NCBI GenBank assembly: GCA_036149055.1
Contig: JAYZQJ010000259.1
Coordinates: forward strand, 1-18,121
Reading direction: 5' to 3'
Source: Myxococcota bacterium
GTDB lineage: Bacteria > Myxococcota_A > Polyangia > Polyangiales > Sandaracinaceae
DNA: 18,121 bases
Shown here: positions 7,526-15,446 of the stretch, in pieces
How the letters are laid out: every line of letters begins with the position of its first letter
How positions within the stretch are numbered: the stretch's first letter is position 1
The notes under the pieces: generated by a model
Told to the model about the DNA's origin: nothing
Databases searched by the model: none
What the model saw: only the letters and a program-made list of their open reading frames with translations
Made by a program: the position numbers and the translations under genes

Positions 7526-8299
7526 CTACGCTTCGACGGCGACGATGTTGGAGAGCCCGCGAGTGTCCAACCACTCGGCGACCCTCGCGGACACGTACAT
7601 CTCCACGTCGCCCGGCGAGCGAGCGAAGTCACGGCCGTCGAGAGAGATCGGAGGTCTGGGACGGCCCCGAATCCGTCTTGCGCATTCTTCGCAGAGCTCG
7701 TCACGAGGAGAGGAGGCGACCGGTGCCGGATGGATCTCGGGAACCAGCTCCACCATCTCCGGCAAGTCCTCACCCTCGACGGTCGGTGTCCCCGGAGCCG
7801 GCAACTCGTCGTCTTCGAGGTGATCGAAATACTCCGGTGGCGCCTCGGCCGCGGGAACCAGGTGCACGCGCGCGTGACTCAACCCCCGGAACTGCTGCGC
7901 GAGCAGGTCGTCCAGGACCTTTCCCCGCTCTATCCATACCACGCCCGGAGAAGGATGAATCACGTCCTCGGTGATCGGGCCCCAGCACTCACCCACCGGT
8001 ACCCCCACGTAAGCGCCAGGAGTGAGCGAACGCGGCCGCAACCCGAGCGCGGCTTCCCACTGCTCACTCATCCGCCTCCAGAGCGCCGGTGGGAGAGGGT
8101 GGGGGTCGACGTGGAGAGCGCGCGGAGCTGTGCCGAGCACGATTCGATCGGAGGAGGACCAAACGCCGCACCGCGGACAGCTCAGCGGCGACAAGTGATC
8201 TCCGCCGCTCAACCTGCATGGATTCGCCCGGCTGCTCTCCCCATCGGTTTCGTAGTCAGGTGCCCGCACGCGATAGATGCGCATCGCCCGGCCGCTCAT
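7526..8299 (-). CDS. Double-CXXC(G) motif protein, SitI6/TIGR02264 (Gmx_para_CXXCG)-like immunity protein
   Basis: CPRCGVW near the N-terminus and CEECAR near the C-terminus, with LTPGAYVGVP, FRGL, PEMVEL and a terminal VSARVAEWL...LSNI in the order expected for the family. ATGA overlap with the upstream gene; alternative start MRIYRV at 8284. Confidence 0.7.
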   Translation of the reverse strand: MSGRAMRIYRVRAPDYETDGESSRANPCRLSGGDHLSPLSCPRCGVWSSSDRIVLGTAPRALHVDPHPLPPALWRRMSEQWEAALGLRPRSLTPGAYVGVPVGECWGPITEDVIHPSPGVVWIERGKVLDDLLAQQFRGLSHARVHLVPAAEAPPEYFDHLEDDELPAPGTPTVEGEDLPEMVELVPEIHPAPVASSPRDELCEECARRIRGRPRPPISLDGRDFARSPGDVEMYVSARVAEWLDTRGLSNIVAVEA

Positions 8300-8538
8300 T
8301 GCCCGCCCACCCCGTCGTCGCTGACGACCTCGACGAGCTCCTCCGGGACTTCGACAGACGCCCCGTCACCGAGCTCGACGAGGTACAGCGTCGTTCCGAT
8401 GGCGCAGCCGAGCTGCTCGGACTGCTCGGGGGTCTCGACTTCCCTCATCCCGCAGACGGCGGCGAGTGCTCCAGGACGCGACTCCATGGCTGCGCCCTTC
8501 TCGAGTCGTACCGTGTCGCCCCAGGTTGGGGTGCTCAT
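8296..8538 (-). CDS. Small acidic hypothetical protein (80 aa), SH3-like, possible immunity protein
   Basis: AGGA upstream of ATG 8538. Pattern WGDTVRL...RPG..AAVCG...LYLVELGDGASVEVPEELVE suggests a small beta-barrel. Stop overlaps the next start. Confidence 0.7.
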   Translation of the reverse strand: MSTPTWGDTVRLEKGAAMESRPGALAAVCGMREVETPEQSEQLGCAIGTTLYLVELGDGASVEVPEELVEVVSDDGVGGQ

Positions 8539-8552
8539 GCTCGATGCCTTTC

Positions 8553-8639
8553 CTACTGGTCGATCGGCAGCCACGGCGTACCGTCTGGGTTCGTGACGCC
8601 GAGCCCGTCGGCGTAGTTGGTTCGCCGGTGATGGACCAG
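8553..8639 (-). pseudogene. 3' remnant of a lost gene, possible toxin C-terminus (LVHHRRTNYADGLGVTNPDGTPWLPIDQ*)
   Basis: Start-less open frame with mostly G/C-ending codons, ending in TAG at 8553 that overlaps the AGGA RBS of the 80-aa gene. Confidence 0.45.
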
Positions 8640-8644
8640 AGACG

Positions 8645-9055
8645 CTACGGATCGAAGACCGCTACGGAGCCGTCTTCGTAGACGACTCGCACTCGACCAT
8701 CGGCTTGCGATGCCTCGCCCAGCAGGCGCGGGCGGTCCCCACGCAGCGCATCGCAGATCCGCCTGCGCAGTCGGTCGAAGGTGACGGCAGCGTAGTCAGC
8801 GCCCGAGAGGGCGAGCAACGGCGCTACGTACTCGTGAGGCTCGGCCCCGGGAGGGCCGAGCTTCGTGTCGTCCGTGACGAACACCACCGCGAGGTAGCCG
8901 GCGCCGTCGATCTCGCCTCGCTCGCACTCCAGATAGTGGGGCGGCTCGATGTGTTCCGGGATGGCCTGCGCATGGACGTCCACCCATTCACAGCCGGTAT
9001 GGGCGTCACCGTCGCGAGGGAACCGCAGCCTCCACAGGGTGGCGTAGATGCTCAT
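8645..9055 (-). CDS. Hypothetical protein (136 aa)
   Basis: Starts MSIYATLWRLRFPRDGD; protein-like sequence (AVVFVT, EYVAPLLALSG, ICDALRG). The longer track start (9160) lies inside the terminator. Confidence 0.7.
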   Translation of the reverse strand: MSIYATLWRLRFPRDGDAHTGCEWVDVHAQAIPEHIEPPHYLECERGEIDGAGYLAVVFVTDDTKLGPPGAEPHEYVAPLLALSGADYAAVTFDRLRRRICDALRGDRPRLLGEASQADGRVRVVYEDGSVAVFDP

Positions 9056-9119
9056 GCGAGGCCATTCGGTAACGCAGCTTGCGCGCAGTGTCCAGCGGCC
9101 TGCCGTGGCGACGTCGCTT

Positions 9120-9160
9120 AAAAACGCGCGCCCGAGCTGCTGGCACCAGCTCGGGCACAC
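9120..9160 (-). terminator. Rho-independent terminator downstream of flgG
   Basis: Minus strand GTGTGCCCGAGCTG-gtgccag-CAGCTCGGGCGCGC (10 perfect bp plus 4 bp including G-U pairs), then GTTTTT. Confidence 0.75.
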
Positions 9161-9273
9161 TAATCACGGAGAATGTGATTCGTCCTTTCGGACTTCGTGA
9201 CAGCTCACGAGGATATTCTAAGAAGTAAGCCTCATCAGGAACGGATCATGAGAACGGGGAAGGCTGAAAATGG

Positions 9274-10056
9274 TCAGACTTCCGTGGACTTTCGCAGCAT
9301 CTCGTCGCTCGCCTGGATCACCCGCTGGTTGATCTCGTAGGCGCGCTGGCTGCTGATGAGGTCGATCATCTCGTTGACGACCTCGACGTTGGAGCCCTCG
9401 AGGAACCCCTGGCTGAGGGTGCCGGCGCCCTCCTGGCCGGGCTGGACGACGAGGGGCTGGCCGCTGGCGCTGGTCGCCCGGAACATGCTCCGGCCCATCG
9501 CCTCGAGGCCGCCCGGGTTCGGGAAGCGCGCGATCTGCAGCTGGCCGAGCTCCATCGTCTGCTGGCTGCCCGGCTGGGTCACGCTGACGGTGCCGTCCTG
9601 GGCGATGCTGACGCTGGTCGCGTCCTGGGGCACGGTGATCTGCGGCTCGATGGGCAGGCCGTCGACGGTGACGAGCTGGCCCTGGTTGTCGAGCTTGAGG
9701 TTGCCGGCCCGGGTGTAGGCGATCTCGCCGCCCGGCCGCACGACCTGGAAGAAGCCCTCGCCTTCGATCGCGACGTCGAGCGGGTTGCCCGTCTGCTGCA
9801 TCGCGCCCTGGGTGTGCATGAACTCGGTGGAGACGGTGCGCGTCCCCTGACCGATCTGCACGCCGGTGGGCAGGGTGCCGCCGTCGGCGGTGCGTCCCCC
9901 GGGCGTCCGGACCTGCTGGTAGATCAGGTCCTGGAACTCGGCGCGCGAGCGGCGGAACCCGGTCGTCGAGACGTTCGCCATGTTGTTGGCGATCGTGTCG
10001 ATGTGGGTCTGCTGGGCGGCCATGCCGCTCGCGGCGGATCGGAGGGAACGCATCAT
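9274..10056 (-). CDS. flgG: Flagellar basal-body distal rod protein FlgG
   Basis: 260 aa; ANNMANVSTTGF, FQDLIYQ, TGNPLDVAIEGEGFFQV, YTRAGN, QGFLEGSNVEVVNEMIDLISSQRAYEIN. Confidence 0.97.
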   Translation of the reverse strand: MMRSLRSAASGMAAQQTHIDTIANNMANVSTTGFRRSRAEFQDLIYQQVRTPGGRTADGGTLPTGVQIGQGTRTVSTEFMHTQGAMQQTGNPLDVAIEGEGFFQVVRPGGEIAYTRAGNLKLDNQGQLVTVDGLPIEPQITVPQDATSVSIAQDGTVSVTQPGSQQTMELGQLQIARFPNPGGLEAMGRSMFRATSASGQPLVVQPGQEGAGTLSQGFLEGSNVEVVNEMIDLISSQRAYEINQRVIQASDEMLRKSTEV

Positions 10057-10086
10057 GATCTTGTCCTCGTGCTTCGGTGACCTCGA

Positions 10087-10833
10087 TCAGCCCGAGCGGC
10101 CGACCTCGCGCGCCGCCTTCTCGTCGATCTGGCGGAACGCTTGAATGACCCGCTGAAACGCCTCGAAGGAGCGGTTCGCGGTGATGAGCTCGTTCATGCC
10201 CTCGATGGGGCTCACGTTGGCGCCCTCGAGGTAGCCCTGGAGCACCTGCGTCTCCGCGGCGGGCTCCGGGTTGCCGCGCCCGGTCGGCGCGTAGAGGGTG
10301 ACGCCCTGCTTCTCGAGGCCCCCGGCGCCGAAGCGCTCGATGCGCATCCGGCCGACCGGCGCGCCGTCCGCCATGACCGTCCCGTCGGAGCCGATCTGGA
10401 TCGAGGCCGCGGCGGGGGGGACGCGGAGCTCGGGCTGGCTCGGATCCGCGGGGTCGGCGGCGAGGAGCGCGTGGCCGCCTGGAGTGCGGAAGACGCCCTC
10501 CGGGTCCATGCGGAAGCTGCCGGCGCGGGTGTAGCGCACGCCGTCCTCGGTCTGGACCGCGAAGAGCCCGTCGCCCTGCAGGGCCACGTCGAGCGGGTTG
10601 CCGGTCTGGGTCAGCGGGCCGTCGGTCTCGTCGGTGCTGAGCTGCGAGATGGTGACGTAGCGGAGGCTGTCCGGCGTCGGCCCACCCTGCTCGCGGCTCA
10701 CCGCCTCGCGGAAGGCGAGCGCGTCGGCGCGGTAGCCGACGGTGCCGACGTTCGCGACGTTGTTCGCGGTCACGTCGAGGGATCGCTGCTGGGCGATCGC
10801 TCCGCTCAAGGCGCTGTAGATTCCGTCCGACAT
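10087..10833 (-). CDS. flgF: Flagellar basal-body rod protein FlgF
   Basis: 248 aa; ANNVANVGTVGY, TGNPLDVALQGDG, YTRAGSF, QGYLEGANV; directly upstream of flgG. Confidence 0.93.
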   Translation of the reverse strand: MSDGIYSALSGAIAQQRSLDVTANNVANVGTVGYRADALAFREAVSREQGGPTPDSLRYVTISQLSTDETDGPLTQTGNPLDVALQGDGLFAVQTEDGVRYTRAGSFRMDPEGVFRTPGGHALLAADPADPSQPELRVPPAAASIQIGSDGTVMADGAPVGRMRIERFGAGGLEKQGVTLYAPTGRGNPEPAAETQVLQGYLEGANVSPIEGMNELITANRSFEAFQRVIQAFRQIDEKAAREVGRSG

Positions 10834-10854
10834 GATGGGTGTGCTTCCTGAGAT

Positions 10855-11595
10855 TCAGTGGCGAGAGCGAGCCGGGCGCCGGATCTTCTCTTCCTTCGCG
10901 AGGATGGCGCGGAGGCGCGCGGCGGCGTCGCCGAGGATCTGGCAGACGCGGCTCTCGGTGACGCCGAGGATCTGGCCGATCTCGGCCTGCGTGCACTCCT
11001 CCTGGTAGTAGAGGGCGAGCACCGTCTGGGTGCGCTCGGGGAGCTTGGTGATGGCGCCCGCGAGCCGCTTCTTCAGCTCCGCCTCGCCGTAGAGGGAGGC
11101 GGGATCGTCGAAGCCCGAGTCCACGTGGTCGGGGTCGACCGCGCCGGTCCTGCCGAGCATCGGCCCGCGCGCGAGCTCCATGCTGACGCGCTGGTACTCC
11201 TCGAGGGGGATGCCGAGCGCGGAGGCGATCTCGTCCTCCTCGGGGGCGCGCCCGAGCTGCGCCTGGAGCTTGCGAATGGTCTTGCTCACCTGGACCATGC
11301 GCTTGCGCCCGTGGCGGGTGATCGGATCCCAGCTCCGCAGCTCGTCGAGGATCGCGCCCCGGATGCGGCGCTCGGCGTAGGGCTCGAAGCGGGGGTACTT
11401 CTCCGCGTCGTAGCTCTCGGCCGCCTTGACCAGGCCCTCGTTGCCCGCGCCGATCAGGTCGCCCACGTCGACGCTCGGCGGCAGGCGCCGGGCCATGCGG
11501 AAGGCGACGCGCCGGACGATGGGCACGCCGATCCGGATCAGCTCCTCCTTCGAGGCGCCGCCCTGGATCTCCGCCGTGAGCGAGGCGCTCAGCAC
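10855..11595 (-). CDS. fliA: RNA polymerase sigma-28 factor (FliA/WhiG family)
   Basis: RLPPSVDVGDLIGAG, RIRGAILDELRSWD, LYYQEECTQAEIGQILGVTESRVCQI; follows flhG. Confidence 0.95.
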   Translation of the reverse strand: MLSASLTAEIQGGASKEELIRIGVPIVRRVAFRMARRLPPSVDVGDLIGAGNEGLVKAAESYDAEKYPRFEPYAERRIRGAILDELRSWDPITRHGRKRMVQVSKTIRKLQAQLGRAPEEDEIASALGIPLEEYQRVSMELARGPMLGRTGAVDPDHVDSGFDDPASLYGEAELKKRLAGAITKLPERTQTVLALYYQEECTQAEIGQILGVTESRVCQILGDAAARLRAILAKEEKIRRPARSRH

Positions 11596-12434
11596 GGGTG
11601 GGCCTCCGTCGCCTCGAGCACCTTGAGGCGCCGAACGAGGTTGCTGACCGCGCGGGCCGCCATCGAGGTGGGCGCGCGGAGCACGAAGGGCTGCCCGGTG
11701 GCGACGCCCTCGCGCACGCTGTCGTCGCGCGGGATGGCGCCGAGGTAGCCGAGCTCGAGCATCAGGAAGCGGCGCACGATGCCGTCCATGCGGGCGTGGA
11801 TCTCCGCGCCCTCGCGCTCGCTGTTGACCTGGTTGGCGACCACGTGGACCCGGTCGACGCCGGCGCGGCGGTGCAGCACCTTGGCCATCGCGTACGCGTC
11901 GCGGAGCGACGTCGGGTCGGGCGTGGTGACGAGCAGGACGTCGTCGGCGTAGCTGGCGAAGCCGACCGCGTTACTGCCGATGCCGGCGCCGGTGTCGATG
12001 ATGAGGACGTCGAAGTCCTGGGCGACCTCCTCGACCAGGTCCCAGAGCGCGGCGCGCTGGCGGGCGTCGAGGTTGGCGACGTCGTAGCGGCCGGGGCAGG
12101 CCGGGATGAGGTGCACGCCCTCGGGGCCCTCGACGAGGATCTCGTCGATGGTGCGCTCGGCGGTGAGCACGCTCAGCAAGTTGTACTGCGGGCTCACGCC
12201 GAAGGCGAGGTCCATGCTGGCGAGGCCGAGGTCGGCGTCGAGCACGAGGACTCGCTTGCCGGCCCGGGCGAGCTCCACCGCGAGGTTGGCGGAGACCTGG
12301 GTCTTGCCCACGCCGCCCTTGCCGCTGGTGACGGCGATGACGTGGGTGCCCTGGCCGCCGGGCTTCAGGCGCACGACGCGCGGGGGGCGCTTGCTTCCGC
12401 GCAGGCCCGCGGCCTGGTCGTTCTCGCGAATCAT
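11589..12434 (-). CDS. flhG: Flagellar number regulator FlhG/FleN (MinD-like ATPase), 281 aa
   Basis: N-terminal DQAAGLR motif, SGKGGVGKT Walker A, DADLGLA, DTGAGI; ATG 12434 preceded by GAGGAGG. Confidence 0.93.
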   Translation of the reverse strand: MIRENDQAAGLRGSKRPPRVVRLKPGGQGTHVIAVTSGKGGVGKTQVSANLAVELARAGKRVLVLDADLGLASMDLAFGVSPQYNLLSVLTAERTIDEILVEGPEGVHLIPACPGRYDVANLDARQRAALWDLVEEVAQDFDVLIIDTGAGIGSNAVGFASYADDVLLVTTPDPTSLRDAYAMAKVLHRRAGVDRVHVVANQVNSEREGAEIHARMDGIVRRFLMLELGYLGAIPRDDSVREGVATGQPFVLRAPTSMAARAVSNLVRRLKVLEATEAHPC

Positions 12435-12436
12435 CT

Positions 12437-13378
12437 CTAGACCTCCTCGCCGCACAGAGCGGCGGCCAGCTTCTCGGGGGTGGCGATCTCGACGTCCTCG
12501 GGGACGCGCTGACCGGTGGTGAACCAGGCGAGCGGCAGACCGCTCGCGATGTGGGCGGAGACGACGGCGTCGTACTGCAGCGCCTCGTCGAGCTTCGTGA
12601 CCGTGAGCGTCTTCGGGAGGAGCACGGCGTGACGCTCGACTGCGTCTTCCAGCTCCATCGTTCGGCTCGCGGCGTTCAAGCAGAGAGTCACTTCCACCTC
12701 GGCCTCAGTGCTGTGCAGGATCTCGGCCAACTCTCCGAGTGCCGCCTTGTCGCGGGGCGCGCGGCCCGCGGTGTCGATCAACACCACCTCGGCGTCAGCG
12801 AGCCGACGCAGGGCCCGTCGGAAGCTCGACACGTCGCTGGCGACCTCGAGCGGGACGCCGATGAGGTCGGCGTACTGCTCGACCTGCTGCACCGCGCCGA
12901 TGCGGTAGCCGTCGAGCGAGATGATGCCGACCGCGCGCTGCCGGATGAGCGCCGCCTCGGCCGCGATCTTGGCCAGCGTCGTCGTCTTGCCGACCCCGGT
13001 CGGGCCGACGAGCGCGAGGTACTTCCGCTCGGCGTCGAGGTCGGGGGCCGCGAAGGCCACCCGCTCGGAGAGCGCCTCGGCGAGGCCCTCGGTCGCCTCC
13101 CGCAGGGTGCGGGGCTCGCCGGGCGCGCTCACCGCGAAGAGCCGCGCGATCTGCGGGTCGAGGCCGTTCTTGATCAGGAGCCGCTCGAGCAGCGAGGCGT
13201 TCTTCCGCGCGAGCGCGGGCTCGTGCCACTCCTTGGCGTCCTCGGCGGCCAGGGCGCGCACCTCGAAGGCGCCGCCGAGCTTGCGGGACGAGAGGATCAC
13301 CGCGTCCGCGCCGAGCTCGCGCTTCACCCGGGAGAGCGCGCGGTCGAGGCTGTGGGCGGTGTAGGTGTGCTCGGGCAT
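12437..13378 (-). CDS. flhF: Flagellar SRP-family GTPase FlhF (short B domain)
   Basis: ELGADAVILS at the N-terminus, GPTGVGKTTT, DTAGR, TKLDE, GQRVPED; lies between flhA and flhG. Confidence 0.93.
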   Translation of the reverse strand: MPEHTYTAHSLDRALSRVKRELGADAVILSSRKLGGAFEVRALAAEDAKEWHEPALARKNASLLERLLIKNGLDPQIARLFAVSAPGEPRTLREATEGLAEALSERVAFAAPDLDAERKYLALVGPTGVGKTTTLAKIAAEAALIRQRAVGIISLDGYRIGAVQQVEQYADLIGVPLEVASDVSSFRRALRRLADAEVVLIDTAGRAPRDKAALGELAEILHSTEAEVEVTLCLNAASRTMELEDAVERHAVLLPKTLTVTKLDEALQYDAVVSAHIASGLPLAWFTTGQRVPEDVEIATPEKLAAALCGEEV

Positions 13379-13391
13379 CGATGATTCTCCG

Positions 13392-15446
13392 TCAGCCGCT
13401 CACCACACCGAGCGAGCGGATCGTCGCCGAGCCGTCGATCTCGCGATACGACAGCACGCTCAGACCCGGCACGCGGCGGGTGAGGAATTCGTGGACCGCG
13501 CGGCGCACGTCGGGGGCGCAGATCACCGCGGGGGGCGTGGTCACCCCGGCGAAGGCGCGCGAGGCGCCGTCGAGGGACGAGAGGATGCGCTGGGCGGCGG
13601 TCGCGTTCGGCCCGCCGTCCCGGAACGCCTGCTCGGCGTTGGGGTCGAGGATGAGCGCCGAGACCCGGCCCTGATCGTCGCGGAAGCGGCCGGTGATGTG
13701 CCGCGCCAGGCGCTCGCGGCAGAGCTCGGTGAGCTGCCCCGGATCCTTCACGTGCCGGCCGTGGTCGGCGAGCGACTCGAGGATGGTGCGGAGGTCGCGC
13801 ACCGAGACGCTCTCCGAGAGCAGGCGCTTGAGCACGTTGCTCACGTCGCTCAGCGTCAGGACGTTCGGCACCAGGTCGTCGACCAGGCGGGGCTCGCGCC
13901 GCGCGAACAGATCGAGCAGCTCCTGGGTCTCGCTCCGGCCGAGCAGGTCCGGGGCGACCGAGCGGAAGAGCTCGGTCAGGTGGGTCGCGACCACGGTGGG
14001 CGGGTCGACGACGGTGTAGCCGAGCGACTCGGCCTTCTCGCGGTGCGCCTTGTGGACCCAGAGCGCGGGCAGCCCGAAGGCCGGCTCGCGGGTGGGCTCG
14101 CCGTCGATCTTCGGCAGGCTGCCGGTCGGATCCATCGCGAGCAGGCGGCCGTTCTTGATCTCGCCGCGGCCGACCTCGTTGCCGCTGAGCATCAGGCGGT
14201 AGGCGCCGCCCGCCAGGCGGAGGTTGTCGCGGATGTGGACGCTCGGGACGATCACGCCGAGCTCGCTCGCGAGGTTGCGGCGGATGGCGCCGATGCGCTC
14301 GACCAGCTCGCCGCCCTGGGCGCTGTCGACGAGGGAGACCAAGTCGTAGCCGACCTCGAGCTCGAGCAGCTCCACCGGGAGCGCCTGCTCGAGCTTCTCG
14401 CGCTCGGTGGGCGCGCCGCTCGCGTCCGCCTCGCCGGCCTCGGGCGCGGCCTCGATCGACTCGACCGCCTTGCCCGCGCTGCGACCGGCGAAGGCCATCG
14501 CGCCGGCGAGGGCGAAGAACGGCAGCACCGGCATCCCGGGCAGCAGCCCCACCCCGCCGAGCACCGCGGCCGAGCCGTAGAGCGCCTTCTGCGAGCCGCC
14601 GAGCTGCTTGACCAGGGTCGGCGAGAGCGCGGCGCCGGTGGAGGCGCGGGTGACGACCACGCCGGCGGCGGTGGAGACGAGGAGCGCGGGGATCTGCGAG
14701 GCGAGGCCGTCGCCGACGGTGAGGATGGTGTAGGTCGAGGCGGCGTCGACCGCGCTCAGGTCGTTCTGCATCACGCCGACGATGAAGCCGACGACGATGT
14801 TGATGCCGGTCATCAGCAGGCCCGCGATCGCGTCGCCGCGCACGAACTTGCTCGCGCCGTCCATCGAGCCGAAGAAGTCGCTCTCCTGCTCGACCTCCTT
14901 GCGGCGGGCCTTGGCCTGCTCCTGGGTCAGCGCGCCCGACGCGAGGTCCGCGTCGATCGACATCTGCTTGCCGGGCATCGCGTCGAGCGTGAAGCGGGCG
15001 CTCACCTCGGCGACGCGCCCGGCGCCCTTGGTGATGACGACGAAGTTGATGATGACGAGCAGCACGAAGACCGTGCCGCCGACGAGGTAGTTGCCGCCGA
15101 CGATGAACTCGCCGAAGGAGCGGATGACCTCGCCCGCCGCCTCGGTGCCGCTCGCGCCCTCGAGCAGGATCAGCCGGGTCGAGGCGACGTTGAGCGCGAG
15201 GCGCATCAGCGTGCCGAAGAGCAGGATGGTCGGGAAGCTCGACAGGTCGAGGGGCTTCTCGAGGTTGATGGCGATCAGCAGCAGCGCGACGCTGAGCGCG
15301 ATCGAGCTGGCCAGCATGAAGTCGAGCATCAGCGCCGGCAGCGGCACCACCATCAGCAGCACGATCCCGACGAGCAGGACCGGCACGACGGTGGCGAAGC
15401 GGGCCGGGAAGAGGCCTCCACCCTTGGGCGTCACGGCGGCGCTCAC
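13392..15446 (-). CDS. flhA: Flagellar export gate protein FlhA
   Basis: RLALNVASTRLIL, RVAEVSARFTLDAMPGKQMSIDADL, FFGSMDGASKFVRGDAIAG, LEVGYDL, EPAFGLPALW. Confidence 0.97.
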   Translation of the reverse strand: MSAAVTPKGGGLFPARFATVVPVLLVGIVLLMVVPLPALMLDFMLASSIALSVALLLIAINLEKPLDLSSFPTILLFGTLMRLALNVASTRLILLEGASGTEAAGEVIRSFGEFIVGGNYLVGGTVFVLLVIINFVVITKGAGRVAEVSARFTLDAMPGKQMSIDADLASGALTQEQAKARRKEVEQESDFFGSMDGASKFVRGDAIAGLLMTGINIVVGFIVGVMQNDLSAVDAASTYTILTVGDGLASQIPALLVSTAAGVVVTRASTGAALSPTLVKQLGGSQKALYGSAAVLGGVGLLPGMPVLPFFALAGAMAFAGRSAGKAVESIEAAPEAGEADASGAPTEREKLEQALPVELLELEVGYDLVSLVDSAQGGELVERIGAIRRNLASELGVIVPSVHIRDNLRLAGGAYRLMLSGNEVGRGEIKNGRLLAMDPTGSLPKIDGEPTREPAFGLPALWVHKAHREKAESLGYTVVDPPTVVATHLTELFRSVAPDLLGRSETQELLDLFARREPRLVDDLVPNVLTLSDVSNVLKRLLSESVSVRDLRTILESLADHGRHVKDPGQLTELCRERLARHITGRFRDDQGRVSALILDPNAEQAFRDGGPNATAAQRILSSLDGASRAFAGVTTPPAVICAPDVRRAVHEFLTRRVPGLSVLSYREIDGSATIRSLGVVSG

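Larger units (their letters stand above)
5495..7555. repeat. Direct tandem repeat, ~2.5 copies, period 822/818 bp
   Basis: Units start with tcggcgtcagag at 5495, 6317 and 7135. The third, partial copy ends at ...gatgttggagag (7555). Confidence 0.95.

Noticed and set aside
5138..9055. Integron cassette array or CRISPR array
   Set aside because: No paired RYYYAAC/GTTRRRY attC hairpins found between genes, no integrase, and no short constant repeats with unique spacers or cas genes.
9178..9238. Hammerhead ribozyme (minus strand CTGATGAG ... GTCCGAAAGGACGAA)
   Set aside because: Could not form stems I and III with the required NUH cleavage site in type I or type III topology.
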